Source: an uncultured Pseudomonadota bacterium | GTDB lineage: Bacteria; Myxococcota_A; Polyangia; Fen-1088 | Direction: 5' to 3' | Assembly (NCBI GenBank): GCA_963737345.1 | Contig: CAVTSM010000003.1 | Span: 1,113,616-1,177,615 of the forward strand | DNA: 64,000 nt | In this document: in pieces, positions 19,467 through 28,356 of the stretch | Numbering within the stretch: the first letter of the stretch is position 1 | Layout of the letters: each line of letters opens with the position of its first letter | Notes under the pieces: model-generated | What the model saw: only the letters and a program-made list of their open reading frames with translations | The model's database searches: none | What the model was told of the DNA's origin: nothing | Program-made: the position numbers and the translations under genes

Positions 19467-20495
19467 GTGACCGCGGCCGCTTCTATGACGAATATCAGCG
19501 CCTTGAACTCCGCGTCCCTAAATGACTGCGCCAGCGCCATCTCCTCGGCGGCGGCGCTGGTCGAAGACGAGATGCGGGCGGTCGAGGTGCGGCTGGCCGA
19601 GCGGATGGAAAGCCCGATTGGCGCCATCCCCCAGATTGGCGCGCATCTGCTGGGCGCCGGCGGCAAGCGCCTGCGCCCCTTGCTGGCGGTCCTGGCCGCG
19701 CGCGCGGCCGATGTCCCGTTCGAGCACGGCATCGCGGTCGGCTGCGCGGCCGAGCTGATCCACACCGCGACCCTGTACCACGACGACGTCGTCGACGATG
19801 GGCGCGTGCGGCGCGGGCGCCCCGCGGCCCGCATGGTGTTCGGCAACGGCCTGGTGGTGCTGGTGGGCGACTTCTGCCTGGCCCGCGCCCTCGAAACGGT
19901 CGCGCTGACCGGCTCGCTGCCGATGGTCCGCTCGCTGGCCGCGACGGTCACCGAAATGGCCGAGGGCGAGGTCGCCCAGCTCGAGCGCGCGGGAAACCCC
20001 GACGCGTCGGTCGACGAGTACTTCCGGGTCATCGACCGCAAGACGGCGTCGCTGATCGCGTGGTGTGCCCGGGTGGGCGGCTCGGTCAACGACTCGTGGG
20101 CGCCGCCTCTCGACCGCTACGGGCGGGCGCTGGGCCGCGCGTTCCAGATCGCCGACGACGTGCTGGACAGCGCCATCGACGAGGCGACAGCGGGAAAGTC
20201 GGTGGGACACGATCTGCAGGAAGGCAAGCTGACCTTGCCGGTGCTGCTGGCCTGCGAGGCCGACCCGGCGCTGGCCGCACGCGTGCGCGGGCACCTGGGC
20301 GAGCACGGCGTGCCGGCCCAGATCGTCGCCGAGATCCTGACCGAGGTGCGCGCGGCAGGGGGCGTCGAGCGCGCCCAGCGCAGGGCCGCCGCGCTGGCCG
20401 ACGAGGCGGTCTCGGCGCTGCAGGCGCTGCCCCCGTCCCGTTACCGCGACGGGTTGGCCGCGCTGGCCCACGCCTCTGCCTACAGGAGCTCGTGA
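19467..20495 (+). CDS. long-chain polyprenyl diphosphate synthase (IspB/HepT-like)
   Basis: GKRLRPLL, a first aspartate-rich motif LYHDDVVDD, and a second FQIADDVLD. The start is either GTG 19467 or ATG 19485. Confidence 0.88.
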   Translation: MTAAASMTNISALNSASLNDCASAISSAAALVEDEMRAVEVRLAERMESPIGAIPQIGAHLLGAGGKRLRPLLAVLAARAADVPFEHGIAVGCAAELIHTATLYHDDVVDDGRVRRGRPAARMVFGNGLVVLVGDFCLARALETVALTGSLPMVRSLAATVTEMAEGEVAQLERAGNPDASVDEYFRVIDRKTASLIAWCARVGGSVNDSWAPPLDRYGRALGRAFQIADDVLDSAIDEATAGKSVGHDLQEGKLTLPVLLACEADPALAARVRGHLGEHGVPAQIVAEILTEVRAAGGVERAQRRAAALADEAVSALQALPPSRYRDGLAALAHASAYRSS

Positions 20496-22002
20496 TGACG
20501 GCGGTTCCCCTGGCCGCCCCCGCCGGCAAATCTGCGACGACGTCCGAAGCGGTCCCCGCGTCGTGGGACGATCTCGCCAGCTTCGTTCGCTATCTCGAAT
20601 CGCGCGGCGAGTTGCGGCGGGTCTCGCGCGAGATCGATCCGGTGCTGGAGATCTCTGCGCTCGCGCAGCGCGCGGTCCGCGCCGGCGGCCCGGCCCTGCT
20701 CTTCGAGCACGTGAAGGGGTCTCGTCACCCGCTGCTCATCAACACCTACGCGACCCGCCAGCGGATGTCCTGGGCGCTGGGGGTCGGCTGACCTCGACGA
20801 GCACGCGCGCGCGATCCTGGCTCTGGTGAAGTCGCAGCCGCCGGCCGGCCTGATGGACAAGGTCCGCATGCTGCCCAAGCTGGCGCGCGTCGCCAGCGCC
20901 ACGCCCAAGATCGTACGCAGCGGCCCCTGCCAGCAGGTCATCGAGACCGAACCGGACCTGACCAAGCTGCCGGTGCTCACGACCTGGCCAGGCGACGGCG
21001 GCCCCTACATCACGCTGCCGATGGTGATCACGCGCGATCCCGACAAGGGGACGCGCAACGTCGGCTGCTACCGCATGCAGGTCTACGACGCGCGCACGAC
21101 CGGCATGCACTGGCAGCTGCACAAGACCGGGCGCCGCCACATGCGCCGCTACAAGGAGCTGGGACAGACGCGGATGCCGGTGGCCGTCGCGCTGGGCGGC
21201 GATCCCGTGCTGCCGTACGCCGCCACCGCCCCGCTGCCGGACGGCATCGACGAGTTCCTGTTCGCGGGGTTTCTGCGCCGCAAGCCGGTCGAGCTGGTCA
21301 AGTGCAAGACCATCGACCTCGAGGTGCCGGCCTCCGCCGACTTCGTGCTGGAAGGCTACGTCGACGTCGACGAGCTGCGCCGCGAGGGGCCGTTCGGCGA
21401 TCACACCGGCTATTACTCGCTGGCCGACGACTACCCGGTCTTCCACCTCACCGGCCATCACGCGGCGCGAATCGCCCATCTACGCCACGACGGTGGTGGG
21501 CCCGCCGCCGCAAGAGGACGCCTGGCTGGGCAAGGCGACCGAACGGCTTTTCCTGCCGCTCTTGCAGATGACCTTCCCCGAGATCGTCGACATGAACCTG
21601 CCGATCGAGGGGGTGTTCCACAATCTGTGCCTGGTCTCGATCAAGAAGGAGTACCCGCACCACGCGCGCAAGATCTGCCATTCCCTGTGGGGGATGGGGC
21701 AGATGATGTTCGCCAAGTGCATCGTCGTCGTCGACGACGACGTGAACGTGCAGAACGTCGGCGAAGTGGTCTGGCGGGCGCTGAACAACATCGACGCCAA
21801 GCGGGACGTCTTCTTCGCCGAGGGCCCCATCGACGTGCTGGATCACGCCTCCAGCGGCTTCGGCTTCGGCGGCAAGCTGGGCATCGACGCCACCCGGAAG
21901 TGGAAGGACGAAGGGTTCACCCGCGAGTGGCCGGAGGTGCTGAAGATGGACGCCGCCGTCGACGCGCGGATGGACGCCTTCTGGAAAGAGCTGGGCCTGT
22001 GA
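20495..22002 (+). pseudogene. UbiD-family decarboxylase (menaquinone/futalosine-associated), two +1 frame breaks
   Basis: MTAVPLAA...FVRYLESRGELRRVSREIDPVLEISA...LLFEHVKGS, then (break about 20788) DLDEHARAILALVKSQPP...GPFGDHTGYYSLADDYPVFHLT, then (break about 21452) AITRRESPIYATTVVGPPPQEDAWLGKATERLF...WKELGL*. ATGA overlap with the upstream gene. Confidence 0.85.
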
Positions 22003-22721
22003 ACACGCAGCCCTCGCTGGCCGAATCGGGCGCCGACGTGAGAGGTATGTTCAACCGGGTGGCGCGCCGGTACGACGCGGCCAACCGGCTGATGTCGGGC
22101 GGCATCGACGTCCGGTGGCGCAAGAAGGCCATCGCGCGGCTGCTGGACGGCATAAGCGACGACCCGCAGGACGACCCGCGGGTGCTGGATCTGGGCGCCG
22201 GGACGCTGGACGGCGCGATCGAGATCGTGCGCCGCGCGCCGAAGGCGCGCGTGGCGGCCGCCGACTTCGCGCGCGAGATGCTGCGGGCCGGCCGCCGCAA
22301 GATCCCGCGGCAGGCGACGATCGAGACCCACGCAGCCGACGGCCACAACCTGCCCTACCGCGACGATACGTTCGACGGGGCGTTCTCGGCCTTTTGCGTC
22401 CGCAACCTGTCGGACCTGAAGCGCGGTCTGTCCGAGCTGCGGCGGGTCGTGCACCCGGCGGGCCGGGTCGTGATCCTCGAGTTCTTGCGCCCCGAACGCC
22501 CGCGCTTCTTCTTCGATCGCATCTGGAACGCCCACGTGCTGCCCGCGCTCGGCTGGGCGGTGACCGGCGACCGCGCCGCCTATCGATACCTGCCGGAGTC
22601 GATCGCCCGGTTTCGCAGCGCGCCCGAGTTCGCGGCGCTGATGCGCGAGGTTGGCTTTTTGAACGTCGAGACGGAGCCGCTGTTTCCGTCGGGCGTGGCG
22701 ACGATGGTGGTGGCGTCGTGA
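21999..22721 (+). CDS. ubiE: demethylmenaquinone/ubiquinone C-methyltransferase (UbiE/MenG family)
   Basis: GTG start overlapping the ubiD-like stop (GTGA). VRGMFNRVARRYDAANRLMSGGIDVRWRK, a SAM motif VLDLGAGT, and a C-terminal YRYLPESI. In the ORF track it appears only as the tail of a 631-aa fused ORF. Confidence 0.85.
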   Translation: MNTQPSLAESGADVRGMFNRVARRYDAANRLMSGGIDVRWRKKAIARLLDGISDDPQDDPRVLDLGAGTLDGAIEIVRRAPKARVAAADFAREMLRAGRRKIPRQATIETHAADGHNLPYRDDTFDGAFSAFCVRNLSDLKRGLSELRRVVHPAGRVVILEFLRPERPRFFFDRIWNAHVLPALGWAVTGDRAAYRYLPESIARFRSAPEFAALMREVGFLNVETEPLFPSGVATMVVAS

Positions 22722-23300
22722 AGCTGGTGGTGGCCGTCGGCGGCGCCTCGGGATCGATCTACGCCAAGCGCCTGCTGGACGCCCTGGTCCCGCTGGCGGC
22801 CGGTCCCGATCCGCTGGAGGTGGGGACTGGTCTTCACCCAGTCCGGCAACGAGGTGTGGAACCACGAGCTCGGTGAGGTCCCCCAGTACCCGTTCAAGCG
22901 CTACGGCCTGCGCGATTTCCGCGCGCCGTTCGCGTCGGGGTCCGCCGGCTGGGACGCGATGGTGGTCATCCCCTGCTCGACCGGCGGGCTGGCCCGCATC
23001 GCGCACGGCATCTCCGACGACCTGGTCGGCCGCGCGGCGGACGTGATGATGAAGGAACGGCGCAAGCTGGTGCTGGTCGTGCGCGAGACCCCGCTGTCGG
23101 CCATTCACATCGAGAACATGCTGGCGGTCACGCGCGCGGGGGCCGTGGTGCTGCCGGCGACGCCGTCGTTCTATTCGAAGCCCGCCACCATCGACGCGCT
23201 GCTGGACACCGTCGTCAGCCGCGTCCTGGATCAGCTGGGCCTGCCGCAGCACCTGATGCCGCGCTGGGGCGCCGAGGACGCCAAAGGAGGAGCCCGATGA
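22718..23300 (+). pseudogene. ubiX: UbiX-type flavin prenyltransferase, one +1 frame break near 22826
   Basis: (GTG) KLVVAVGGASGSIYAKRLLDAL...LEVG, then LVFTQSGNEVWNHELG...VVIPCSTGGLARIAHGISDDLVGRAADVMMKERRKLVLVVRETPLS. There is an extra a in GTG GGG a CTG GTC. Confidence 0.85.
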
Positions 23301-24065
23301 GCCTGGACCCGCGCGGATTCGCCAGCGCAGAGCCTGCCGTCGACGGAGCTCCTTCGCCCGACGCGTCGGGTGGCGCGTCGCTGGCCGACCTGGATCTGTT
23401 CGCGCTGGGACGGCGCGCATCGGCGGCGCGCGACCAGCGCCTCGGCCGCCGCGGCTCGTTCGTGCGGACGCGCCAGCTGCTGGCCGGCGGCACCTGGCGC
23501 GGCCCGCGCGACGCCGCCGAGTCGATCGTCGACGAGGCGGACCTGGAGGCCCTCGGGGGCCTCGAGGCCGCGCGAAAGGCGGGCGCCGGACTGCTGATCG
23601 CGGCGCGCGTCTCGCCGGTCGCGCGCGCGGCGGCCGACGCCGGGCTGCGCGTCGTCGTGCGCGTGCCCTTCAAGCTGGGCGAGTCGGACGCCGCACGGCT
23701 GGAACGGCTGTCGGAGATCGACGGCCGCGCCATTCGCGATCTGGGGCGCGCTGCCGGCGCCGGCGGGTGAGCCTTACGGCCTGGACACGCTGCGCCTGTT
23801 CGGGCAGTGCCGCCTGGCCTTGACCCGGGTGCCGCACCTCTTGGCCGACGTCGGAGCCCTGGGGCCGCGGCTGGCGCAGATGGCGTTTGGATTCGGCGCC
23901 GACGAGCTGTTCGCGCCGATCGTGGCCGAGCGCGCGCTGCGCCTGGGGGCCAACGCCCACAACCCGTCGCTGACCCGCAAGGAAGCAGCGACGCTGATTC
24001 GCGGCGCCGGCCTGACCGCTTGCGAGCGGCTGGGGAGCGGCGCGCTGGAAGAAGTGACCGCATGA
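23297..24065 (+). pseudogene. MqnC/MqnE-like TIM-barrel paralogue lacking the CxxxCxxC radical-SAM motif, one +1 break near 23745
   Basis: The C-terminal half (GEPYGLDTLRLFGQCRLALTRVPHLLADVGALGPRLAQMAFGFGADELFAPI...NPSLTRKEAATLIRGAGLTACER) parallels the MqnE C-terminus next door (LRTYAVARLLLHNIPHIKAYWIMLGVKTAQTALWFGADDLDGTV...MHPTEIIRIIQNAGRTPVER). I found no Cys triad anywhere. ATGA overlaps at both ends. Confidence 0.5.
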
Positions 24066-25213
24066 CCACCTTTGCTCAGATTCGCGAGAAGGTCCGGGCC
24101 GCCGAGCCGCTGTCACTGGAGGACGGCGTGGCGCTTTACCAGCACCACAACCTGTTGGAGGTCGGCGGGCTGGCGAACGAGGTGCGCGAACGCCTGCACG
24201 GCGATCGCACCTATTTCAACCGCAACCTGCACATCAACGCGACCAACGTGTGCGAGGCGAGCTGCCGGTTCTGTTCGTTCGCGCGGCTGCAACCGGGCGA
24301 CAAGGGCGCCTACACGATGACCCTGGACGAGGCCTGGGGCCGGCTGCAGGCCCGCGTCGACGCCGGCGATCCGATCACGGAGATCCACATCGTCAATGGC
24401 CTGCACCCCGGGCTCCCCTTCACGTACTACACGGAGCTGCTGGCGGGCCTGAAGAAGATCCAGCCGTCGATCCACCTCAAGGCGTTCACGGCCGTCGAGA
24501 TCTTCTACTTCGCGAAGAAGTTCGACATGTCGATCGAGGCGGTGCTGCAGACGCTGCGCGCAGCCGGCCTCGATTCGCTGCCCGGCGGCGGCGCCGAGAT
24601 CTTCGCGCCGCGGGTGCGCAAGAAGATCTGCGACGACAAGAGCGACGCCGACGAATGGCTGGAGGTCCACCGGGTGGCGCACCGGCTGGGGATGCGTTCG
24701 AACTGCACGATGCTCTACGGCCACATCGAGACCGTCGAAGAACGCGTCGACCACATGCTGCGGCTGCGGTCGCTGCAGGAGGAGACGGGCGGTTTCCAGA
24801 CCTTCATCCCGCTGGCGTTCCACCCCGAGAACAACGCGCTCATGAAGCTGCCCGGGCCGACGGGCGTCGAGGACCTGCGCACTTACGCGGTTGCGCGGCT
24901 GCTGCTGCACAACATTCCGCACATCAAGGCCTACTGGATCATGCTGGGCGTCAAGACGGCCCAGACGGCGCTCTGGTTCGGCGCCGACGACCTGGACGGC
25001 ACCGTCCAGGAGGAACGCATCTACCACATGGCCGGCGCCGAAACCCCGCAGGTCATGCACCCGACCGAGATCATCCGCATCATCCAGAACGCCGGCCGCA
25101 CGCCGGTCGAGCGCGACACGCTCTACAACGTCGTCGCCGAGGGGGACGCGCTGGTCCCCGACAAGCCCTTCCGCCGCGACGTGCGGCGCCGCAACCTGGA
25201 GGTCGTGTCGTGA
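24062..25213 (+). CDS. mqnE: aminofutalosine synthase-type radical SAM enzyme (MqnE-like)
   Basis: The ATG at 24062 overlaps the upstream stop. YFNRNLHINATNVCEASCRFCSFAR (CxxxCxxC); GGGAEIF; a full-length TIM-barrel radical SAM enzyme. E versus C assignment rests on context (next to ubiX/ubiD) and remembered motifs, not on a search. Confidence 0.75.
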   Translation: MTTFAQIREKVRAAEPLSLEDGVALYQHHNLLEVGGLANEVRERLHGDRTYFNRNLHINATNVCEASCRFCSFARLQPGDKGAYTMTLDEAWGRLQARVDAGDPITEIHIVNGLHPGLPFTYYTELLAGLKKIQPSIHLKAFTAVEIFYFAKKFDMSIEAVLQTLRAAGLDSLPGGGAEIFAPRVRKKICDDKSDADEWLEVHRVAHRLGMRSNCTMLYGHIETVEERVDHMLRLRSLQEETGGFQTFIPLAFHPENNALMKLPGPTGVEDLRTYAVARLLLHNIPHIKAYWIMLGVKTAQTALWFGADDLDGTVQEERIYHMAGAETPQVMHPTEIIRIIQNAGRTPVERDTLYNVVAEGDALVPDKPFRRDVRRRNLEVVS

Positions 25214-26025
25214 ACGACAGAGTCCGCCTCTCGGCCGTCTCGTTTCTGAACGCGCGCCCGATCACCTACGGGCTGGAACAGACGCTGGACGTGCGGCCAT
25301 TCGAACTTTCGTTCGATCTCCCGTCTCGCTGCGCCGAGCGGCTGGCGACGGGCGATGCCGACCTCGGTCTCATCCCGGTGGGCGCCTACGCCGACCAGTG
25401 AGGAAGATCTGCGGATCGTCCCAGGCATCGCCATCGCCAGCCACGGCGCCGTGCGCACGGTGTTGCTGGTCAGCGAAGTGCCGTGGGAGCAACTGGAGGC
25501 CATCGCGCTCGACGGCGCGTCGCGCAGCTCGGCGTTGCTGCTGCGCCTGCTCTGTCACGAGCGCGGCCTGAGGCCGCAGCTTTCACGAGGTGCCGCACGA
25601 GGCGGTGCTCGACGCGGTCGCCGGCACGACCGGCGCGCTGGTCATCGGCGACGCCGGGTTCGCAGCGGCCCAGAAGTTCCCGCACGTGCAGGATCTGGGC
25701 AGCGCCTGGCAGGACCTGACCGGGTTGCCGTTCGTGTACGCGGTCTGGGCCGGCCGCGCCGAGCGCCGTCGACAGCGACGGAATCGCGCGTCTGCAGGCC
25801 AGCCTGGAACAGGGGCTGGCTGCCCGGCCGACCATCGCGCGCGCCTGGGGCGAGGCCCACGGCGGCGATCCGGCCATCTACGAGGCGTACCTGACGCGCA
25901 ACATCCGCTATCGCCTGGGCGCCGAAGAGCTGTCCGGCATGGCCGCCTTCTTCGAGCGAGCCCGCGCCGCCGGCCTGCTGCCGCGCCCGGTGCGCCCGCG
26001 CCTCTATGAGGCAGCCGTTTCCGCC
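25210..26025 (+). pseudogene. mqnA: MqnA-like (chorismate dehydratase, VitK2-biosynthesis fold), three +1 breaks, no stop before mqnC
   Basis: (GTG) NDRVRLSAVSFLNARPITYGLEQ...IPVGAYADQ | EEDLRIVPGIAIASHGAVRTVLLVS...LLCHERGLRPQ | HEVPHEAVLDAVAGTTGALVIGDAGF...GLPFVYAVWAGRA | VDSDGIARLQASLEQG...YEAYLTRNIRYRLGAEELSGMAAFFERARAAGLL. The breaks fall at about 25398, 25577 and 25761. The end coordinate is nominal. Confidence 0.75.
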
Positions 26026-27123
26026 GTGGCGCCGTCGACCACGCGCGCGCCGCGCTCGATCGACGCGCTGCTGTCCGACGCCGCCGCCGGCGTGCGCCTG
26101 TCGCCCGAGGACGCGATGCGCGTCTACGCCGAGGCCCCGGTGCTGGAGCTGGGGGCCGCCGCCGATCAGCGCCGCCGCGCGCTGCACCCGGAAGACGTCG
26201 TCACCTACATCATCGACCGCAACGTCAACTACACGAACGTTTGCGTCACGCGCTGCAAGTTCTGCAACTTCTACCGGCCGCCCACCCACAAGACCGAGGG
26301 CTACGTGCTGTCGCGCGAGGAGCTTGCCCGCAAGTTCCAGGAGACGGTCGACCTGGGCGGCGTGCAGATCCTGCTGCAGGGCGGCCTCAACCCGAACCTG
26401 CCCATCACCTGGTACGAGGACCTGTTCCGCTGGATGAAGGCGAACTTCCCGCTGGCAATCCATGGCCTCTCGCCCGAGGAGATCCGCTACATCGCCGAGC
26501 TCGAGAACATGTCGATCCGCGCGGTCATCGAGCGCCTGATGGCGGCCGGGCTGGATTCGATTCCGGGCGGCGGCGCCGAGATCCTGGACGACGAGATCCG
26601 CTACGCGATCTCGCCGCTCAAGTGCACGACGGACACCTGGCTGGAGGTCATGCGCCAGGGGCACGCGCTGGGGCTGCGCACGACGGCGACGATGGTGTTC
26701 GGCTTCGGCGAGGAGCCGCGCCACATCATCGGCCACCTCGAACGGCTGCGCGCCTTGCAGGACCAGACGGCCGGCTTCACGGCCTTCATCTGCTGGCCCT
26801 TCCAGGCCGAGGGGACACGCCTCAAGCTGCGCGACGACACGACCGCCATGCGGTACCTGCGCATCTTCGCGCTGTCGCGCCTGTACCTGGACAACTTCCC
26901 CAGCCTGCAGGTGTCGTGGCCGACGATGGGCCCCGAGGTCGGGCAGGTCGGCCTGCGCTTTGGCGGCAACGACTTCGGCTCGGCGATGATCGAGGAGAAC
27001 GTCGTGTCGCAGGCGGGCGCCGTGTTCAAGCTGTCGGCCGAGGACATCGAACGCTACATCCGGACCGCCGGATTCACGCCGCGCCGGCGCAACATGCGCT
27101 ACGAGCGCCTGGCGGCCGCCTGA
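26026..27123 (+). CDS. mqnC: cyclic dehypoxanthine-futalosine synthase-type radical SAM enzyme (MqnC-like)
   Basis: VTYIIDRNVNYTNVCVTRCKFCNFYR (CxxxCxxC), GGGAEIL, FGGNDFGSAMIEENV. The frame is open and continuous with the MqnA C-terminus; GTG 26026 is only a candidate internal start. Confidence 0.75.
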   Translation: MAPSTTRAPRSIDALLSDAAAGVRLSPEDAMRVYAEAPVLELGAAADQRRRALHPEDVVTYIIDRNVNYTNVCVTRCKFCNFYRPPTHKTEGYVLSREELARKFQETVDLGGVQILLQGGLNPNLPITWYEDLFRWMKANFPLAIHGLSPEEIRYIAELENMSIRAVIERLMAAGLDSIPGGGAEILDDEIRYAISPLKCTTDTWLEVMRQGHALGLRTTATMVFGFGEEPRHIIGHLERLRALQDQTAGFTAFICWPFQAEGTRLKLRDDTTAMRYLRIFALSRLYLDNFPSLQVSWPTMGPEVGQVGLRFGGNDFGSAMIEENVVSQAGAVFKLSAEDIERYIRTAGFTPRRRNMRYERLAAA

Positions 27124-27131
27124 GGCAGCGC

Positions 27132-28356
27132 ATGCGGGTGGTCAGCGCGCGCTGGGTGATCCCGATTGACCGGCCGCCGATCGCCGACGGGGCGCTGGCG
27201 CTGGAGGACGACGGCACGATCCGGGCCGTCGGCACGCGCGCCGAGGTCCGCGCGGCTTTCCCCGAAGCGCCCGAGGAGCCGGCGGAAGGGGTGCTGGTCC
27301 CCGGCCTCGTCAACGCGCATTGCCACCTGGAGCTGTCCGCGCTGGCCGACGCCGTCCCGGGCGGCGGCGGGCCTGGTGCCCTGGGCGCGACGTCTCATGA
27401 AAGCCGTCGTCGAGACCGGGCATGAAGCGCGGCGTGAAGCGGCCGCGCAGGCAGCGCGGGCGGCCGTCCGGCTGGGGACCGCGGCCATCGGCGACGTCGG
27501 CAACAGCCTGGACGCGCGCACCCGCCATCGGCGAAGCGGGCCTGGGCGGCGATGCTGTTCCACGAGCTGGTCGGCTCACGCGAGGCGGCGACCGGCGACG
27601 CGCTGGCCGACGCCGCGCAGCGAGCGCGAGCACGCCGCCGGCAGTTGGCCAGTCGGCCTGGGCTACGTGCCGGCGCCGCACGCCCCGTACTCCGTCGGCG
27701 CGGACCTGTTCAGGCGCATCTTCGCGGCGGCCGCGCGCGGCCGGCAAAGGCACCTCTGTCCACGTGGCCGAGGACGCGGACGAGATCGCGCTCTTGCGCG
27801 ACGGCAGCGGCCGCTGGGCGCGAGGTGCTGCGAACGATGGGTGTCGATCCCGCTTCGCGCGCGCCGGGCAAGACGCCCGGTCGCATACCTCGCCGAGCTG
27901 GGCGCCTTCGACGGGCCGCTGCCGCCCCTGCTGGTTCACATGGTCCACGCCGTGGACGAGGACCGCCGCATCGCGCGCGAGGCGGGCGCGACCGTCGTGC
28001 TGTGCCCGCGGTCGAACCTGCACATCGGGGGGCGCCTCGCCGACCGTCGATCGCCTGCTGGAGGACGGCGTCCATCTGGCGATCGGCACGGACAGCCTGG
28101 CGTCCACGCCCGATCTGTCGCTGTGGGGCGAGATGGCGACGCTGGCCGCGCACTTCCCGTCGGTCCCGCCGGCGCGCTGGCTGGACGCGGCGACCCGACA
28201 GGGCGCGCGGGCCCTGGGGCATGTCCGCGCTGGGCGTCACTGACGCCCGGCAAGCGCCCGGGGGTCCTGGACGTGCTGGTGGAAGCCCCCGACGCCCCCC
28301 TCGAGTCGCTGGTCCGGGATCCCACCCCCTCTTTGCGCTGGGTGGCGCGCCCATGA
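27132..28356 (+). pseudogene. amidohydrolase-superfamily deaminase (aminofutalosine deaminase-like), about ten +1 frame breaks
   Basis: MRVVSARWVIPIDRPP...GLVNAHCHLELS (metal-binding HxH). The homologous sequence then hops frames 0-1-2-0-1-2-0-1-2-0-1, for example ...AAIGDVGNSLDA | LFHELVGSRE | VPAPHAPYSV | TSVHVAEDADEIALL | LLVHMVHAVDEDRRIAREAGATVVLCPRSNLHIGG | LAIGTDSLASTPDLSLW | LTPGKRPGVLDV. Confidence 0.7.

Noticed and set aside
20826-22721. A 631-codon ORF suggesting a UbiD-UbiE fusion.
   Set aside because: The middle about 170 codons (RIAHLRHDGGGPAAARGRLAG...) are off-frame filler. The UbiD sequence continues in the +1 frame to a stop at 22002, and UbiE starts at GTG 21999.
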